From positions 1 to 28,471 of the forward strand of contig PYCK01000205.1 in assembly GCA_009649835.1 (NCBI GenBank): a stretch of 28,471 bases of DNA, written 5' to 3'. Numbering within the stretch: position 1 is the stretch's first letter; each line of letters opens with the position of its first letter. Positions 26,614 through 28,471 of the stretch are shown one piece after another. This DNA is from Candidatus Methanocomedens sp. (GTDB lineage: Archaea > Halobacteriota > Methanosarcinia > Methanosarcinales > Methanocomedenaceae). Position numbers and translations under genes: made by a program. Under the pieces are notes generated by a model that saw only the letters and a program-made list of their open reading frames with translations, made no database searches and was not told the DNA's origin.

Positions 26614-27081
26614 CTGGCATTTGAGGATATTGGTGAGATATTGAAAAAAGAACCAGACGATGCTGCTAAAGCCGTACTGAAAGAAGTAGAATCAATTTAC
26701 GGTGAGGTACCTTATATCCTCCAGTTCATGGAAGATAAACCAGATCTGCTGATACCTAAGGTGCTATATGACAATTCCATAATGAGGGAATTCAAGCGGC
26801 TCGACCAGCGGACCATTGAGCTTATCAGTATTGGTGTCTCAGCCGCACTTCGCTGTACCCACTGCCTGGACATGCACCTCAGGGTGGCAAAGAGGATGGG
26901 CATACCACGTGATGAGATATTCGATGCAATTCTTATAGCAGGAACCTTATCCAACGCTTCTGTACTTGCCTATGGTACCAGGGCACTGGACACAGAAGTA
27001 CCGGCAACTGACAGATCATCTAAAAAAAGCAATAATGATGAATGTCACGTGTGTGAGATACCAACAATGGAAGACGATTAG
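26614..27081 (+). CDS. Carboxymuconolactone-decarboxylase/AhpD-family protein with an extra C-terminal CxxC; start is CTG 26614 or GTG 26605
   Basis: ELISIGVSAALRCTHCLDMH is the AhpD-type motif; the tail contains DECHVCE. Confidence 0.8.
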   Translation: MAFEDIGEILKKEPDDAAKAVLKEVESIYGEVPYILQFMEDKPDLLIPKVLYDNSIMREFKRLDQRTIELISIGVSAALRCTHCLDMHLRVAKRMGIPRDEIFDAILIAGTLSNASVLAYGTRALDTEVPATDRSSKKSNNDECHVCEIPTMEDD

Positions 27082-27085
27082 AATA

Positions 27086-28321
27086 TTAATTTTTTGGCGG
27101 GGTACCCAGTGCATTTACATGGTTGATCAGTTCTGTGAATGCCTCGATCTCCCGCTGTATTACCTCATCCTGTGTCATAGAGATACTCATTTCCCCATCC
27201 ACAGTCAGCTTGTCCGGGCCCCTGCGCACAAGCCGGTCCACACCGTCCTTGCATAGAACCTCCTTGATCTCAGGGTCGTAGACAAAGGCCCGCCCTGGGA
27301 AGAACACTGTTTCCTTGACATCTGACAGGTCCAGCTTCTGTATGTCTTCTATGGTGATCAGGCATCCCACATCTTTTTCCAAACCTATAACATTTACCGG
27401 TGAGTCCAGCCGCTCAAAGATGGCTCCAATTAGCGGCGCTGATATGCGGCTGGTTAGTATGGTAGCTTCCATATTGATTTTTGGTAGTTTTGACAAAGCC
27501 TCTTCGTGATTCAATATGGCGAATGGTGAGCCGATTTTTGGGTCCCCCAGCGGGGTTCCTGTCACCCTGAATGAATAATCGCGGGCTATCTCCTCCACAA
27601 TTGACTGGAACTCTTCCACTGAATGAGCCTCAATGCCTGGGATTATCGGGGCATTGTTCAGGATAAGTCCCTGGTCATAGGTATTTGCGAACCTCATAAG
27701 TATCAGGCCTTTTGCACCCATGGCTTCCAGGTCGTCACAGGTCTTTTTTAGCACATCTTTGTCATTGACGCCGGGTATCAGCACAGCTGCGGCATAAACC
27801 TCTGAGCTACCGCAGAATAGTTCCAGATTGGTAAGAGCAGCTTCAGGTGTTTTATCGTGCATATAGTCCCTGCGTAGTGCCGGGTCAGTAGCAAATACGG
27901 TGAAGGATACTTCCGTGACACCACTGTCCAGGTAGTACTCTGCTTCATCACCTCTTGTGAATCCCTTTCCACTGGTATATCCAAGGTGTATGGGTGCCTC
28001 AAGCTGTGTCAGTATCTGTGTAAGTACTTCAAGGTCGGGATAACAGCTTACATCCCCGCCACCGCTGATCGTGATGCGTTCTATTTCTTCCTTGTTGAAC
28101 CGGAGTGTCTGGTTAACAGCCTGGACAACTGCCTGGAGTGGTTTGAAACCCGGATAGGATTCCTTTACACTTTCAGTGCAATATTGACATCCTTTCTGGT
28201 AGGGAGGGCAATGTTGACATCCGAATGCAGGGACCTCTTTTACACCCTTGAAATAACAGTATTTACAAAAACCCATACAATCGTATCCGGGGCGACCCCC
28301 AACATCAGCAAGTAGTTCCAT
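27086..28321 (-). CDS. mmp10: Methyl-coenzyme M reductase arginine C5-methyltransferase (methanogenesis marker 10; cobalamin-dependent radical SAM)
   Basis: [19 protein letters not shown] (CxxxCxxC), CQHC-x6-CQYC iron loop, [27 protein letters not shown]. Start MELL at 28321 after GAGATGA gives 411 aa. Confidence 0.95.
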   Translation of the reverse strand: MELLADVGGRPGYDCMGFCKYCYFKGVKEVPAFGCQHCPPYQKGCQYCTESVKESYPGFKPLQAVVQAVNQTLRFNKEEIERITISGGGDVSCYPDLEVLTQILTQLEAPIHLGYTSGKGFTRGDEAEYYLDSGVTEVSFTVFATDPALRRDYMHDKTPEAALTNLELFCGSSEVYAAAVLIPGVNDKDVLKKTCDDLEAMGAKGLILMRFANTYDQGLILNNAPIIPGIEAHSVEEFQSIVEEIARDYSFRVTGTPLGDPKIGSPFAILNHEEALSKLPKINMEATILTSRISAPLIGAIFERLDSPVNVIGLEKDVGCLITIEDIQKLDLSDVKETVFFPGRAFVYDPEIKEVLCKDGVDRLVRRGPDKLTVDGEMSISMTQDEVIQREIEAFTELINHVNALGTPPKN

Positions 28322-28471
28322 CTGAATCATCTCATTTTTTGGTAATTCTGACCATATAACCATATATTACTTGAAGCCTTCTTTAGCGAAAGTATTCTAC
28401 TTAATATAGTTTTCTGTATAAGCTAAGTAAGATATATTTTTGGTCAAGTGTTTGGTTGAATTATGTTCCAT

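Overview
Core chromosomal region of a Methanosarcinales archaeon (methanogen or ANME-2/3-type; lineage cannot be fixed from this window). In order: an AT-rich KaiC-like ATPase + Roadblock/LC7 pair; a divergent three-gene fwdG-fwdB-fwdD module without fwdA/fwdC; the complete mtrEDCBAFGH operon; mtaD(dadD)-ahcY; tRNA-Gly(GCC); an MFS transporter; an AT-rich patch with a truncated IS1182/IS5-type transposase and an RHH-KaiC fusion gene; a hexosamine cluster (glmU-like, glmS, glmM, glmU, ugd); a truncated rps19e-PDCD5-PP-loop-rpl39e-rpl31e-eIF6 cluster; a soluble P-type-like HAD hydrolase; tRNA-Arg(CCT); rps8e; an AhpD/CMD protein; and mmp10. Most genes are ordinary housekeeping or methane-metabolism genes. 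The strongest second-look signals are: (1) two copies, 22 kb apart, of a short intergenic element with conserved flanks and a covarying tandem-GA hairpin; (2) the FwdB paralog whose catalytic His and Arg are replaced; (3) the RHH-KaiC fusion with a GC discontinuity and a palindrome over its predicted start site; (4) a CGCAAAG-periodic REP-like palindrome. All family assignments are from motif recognition and memory of the families, not from database searches.
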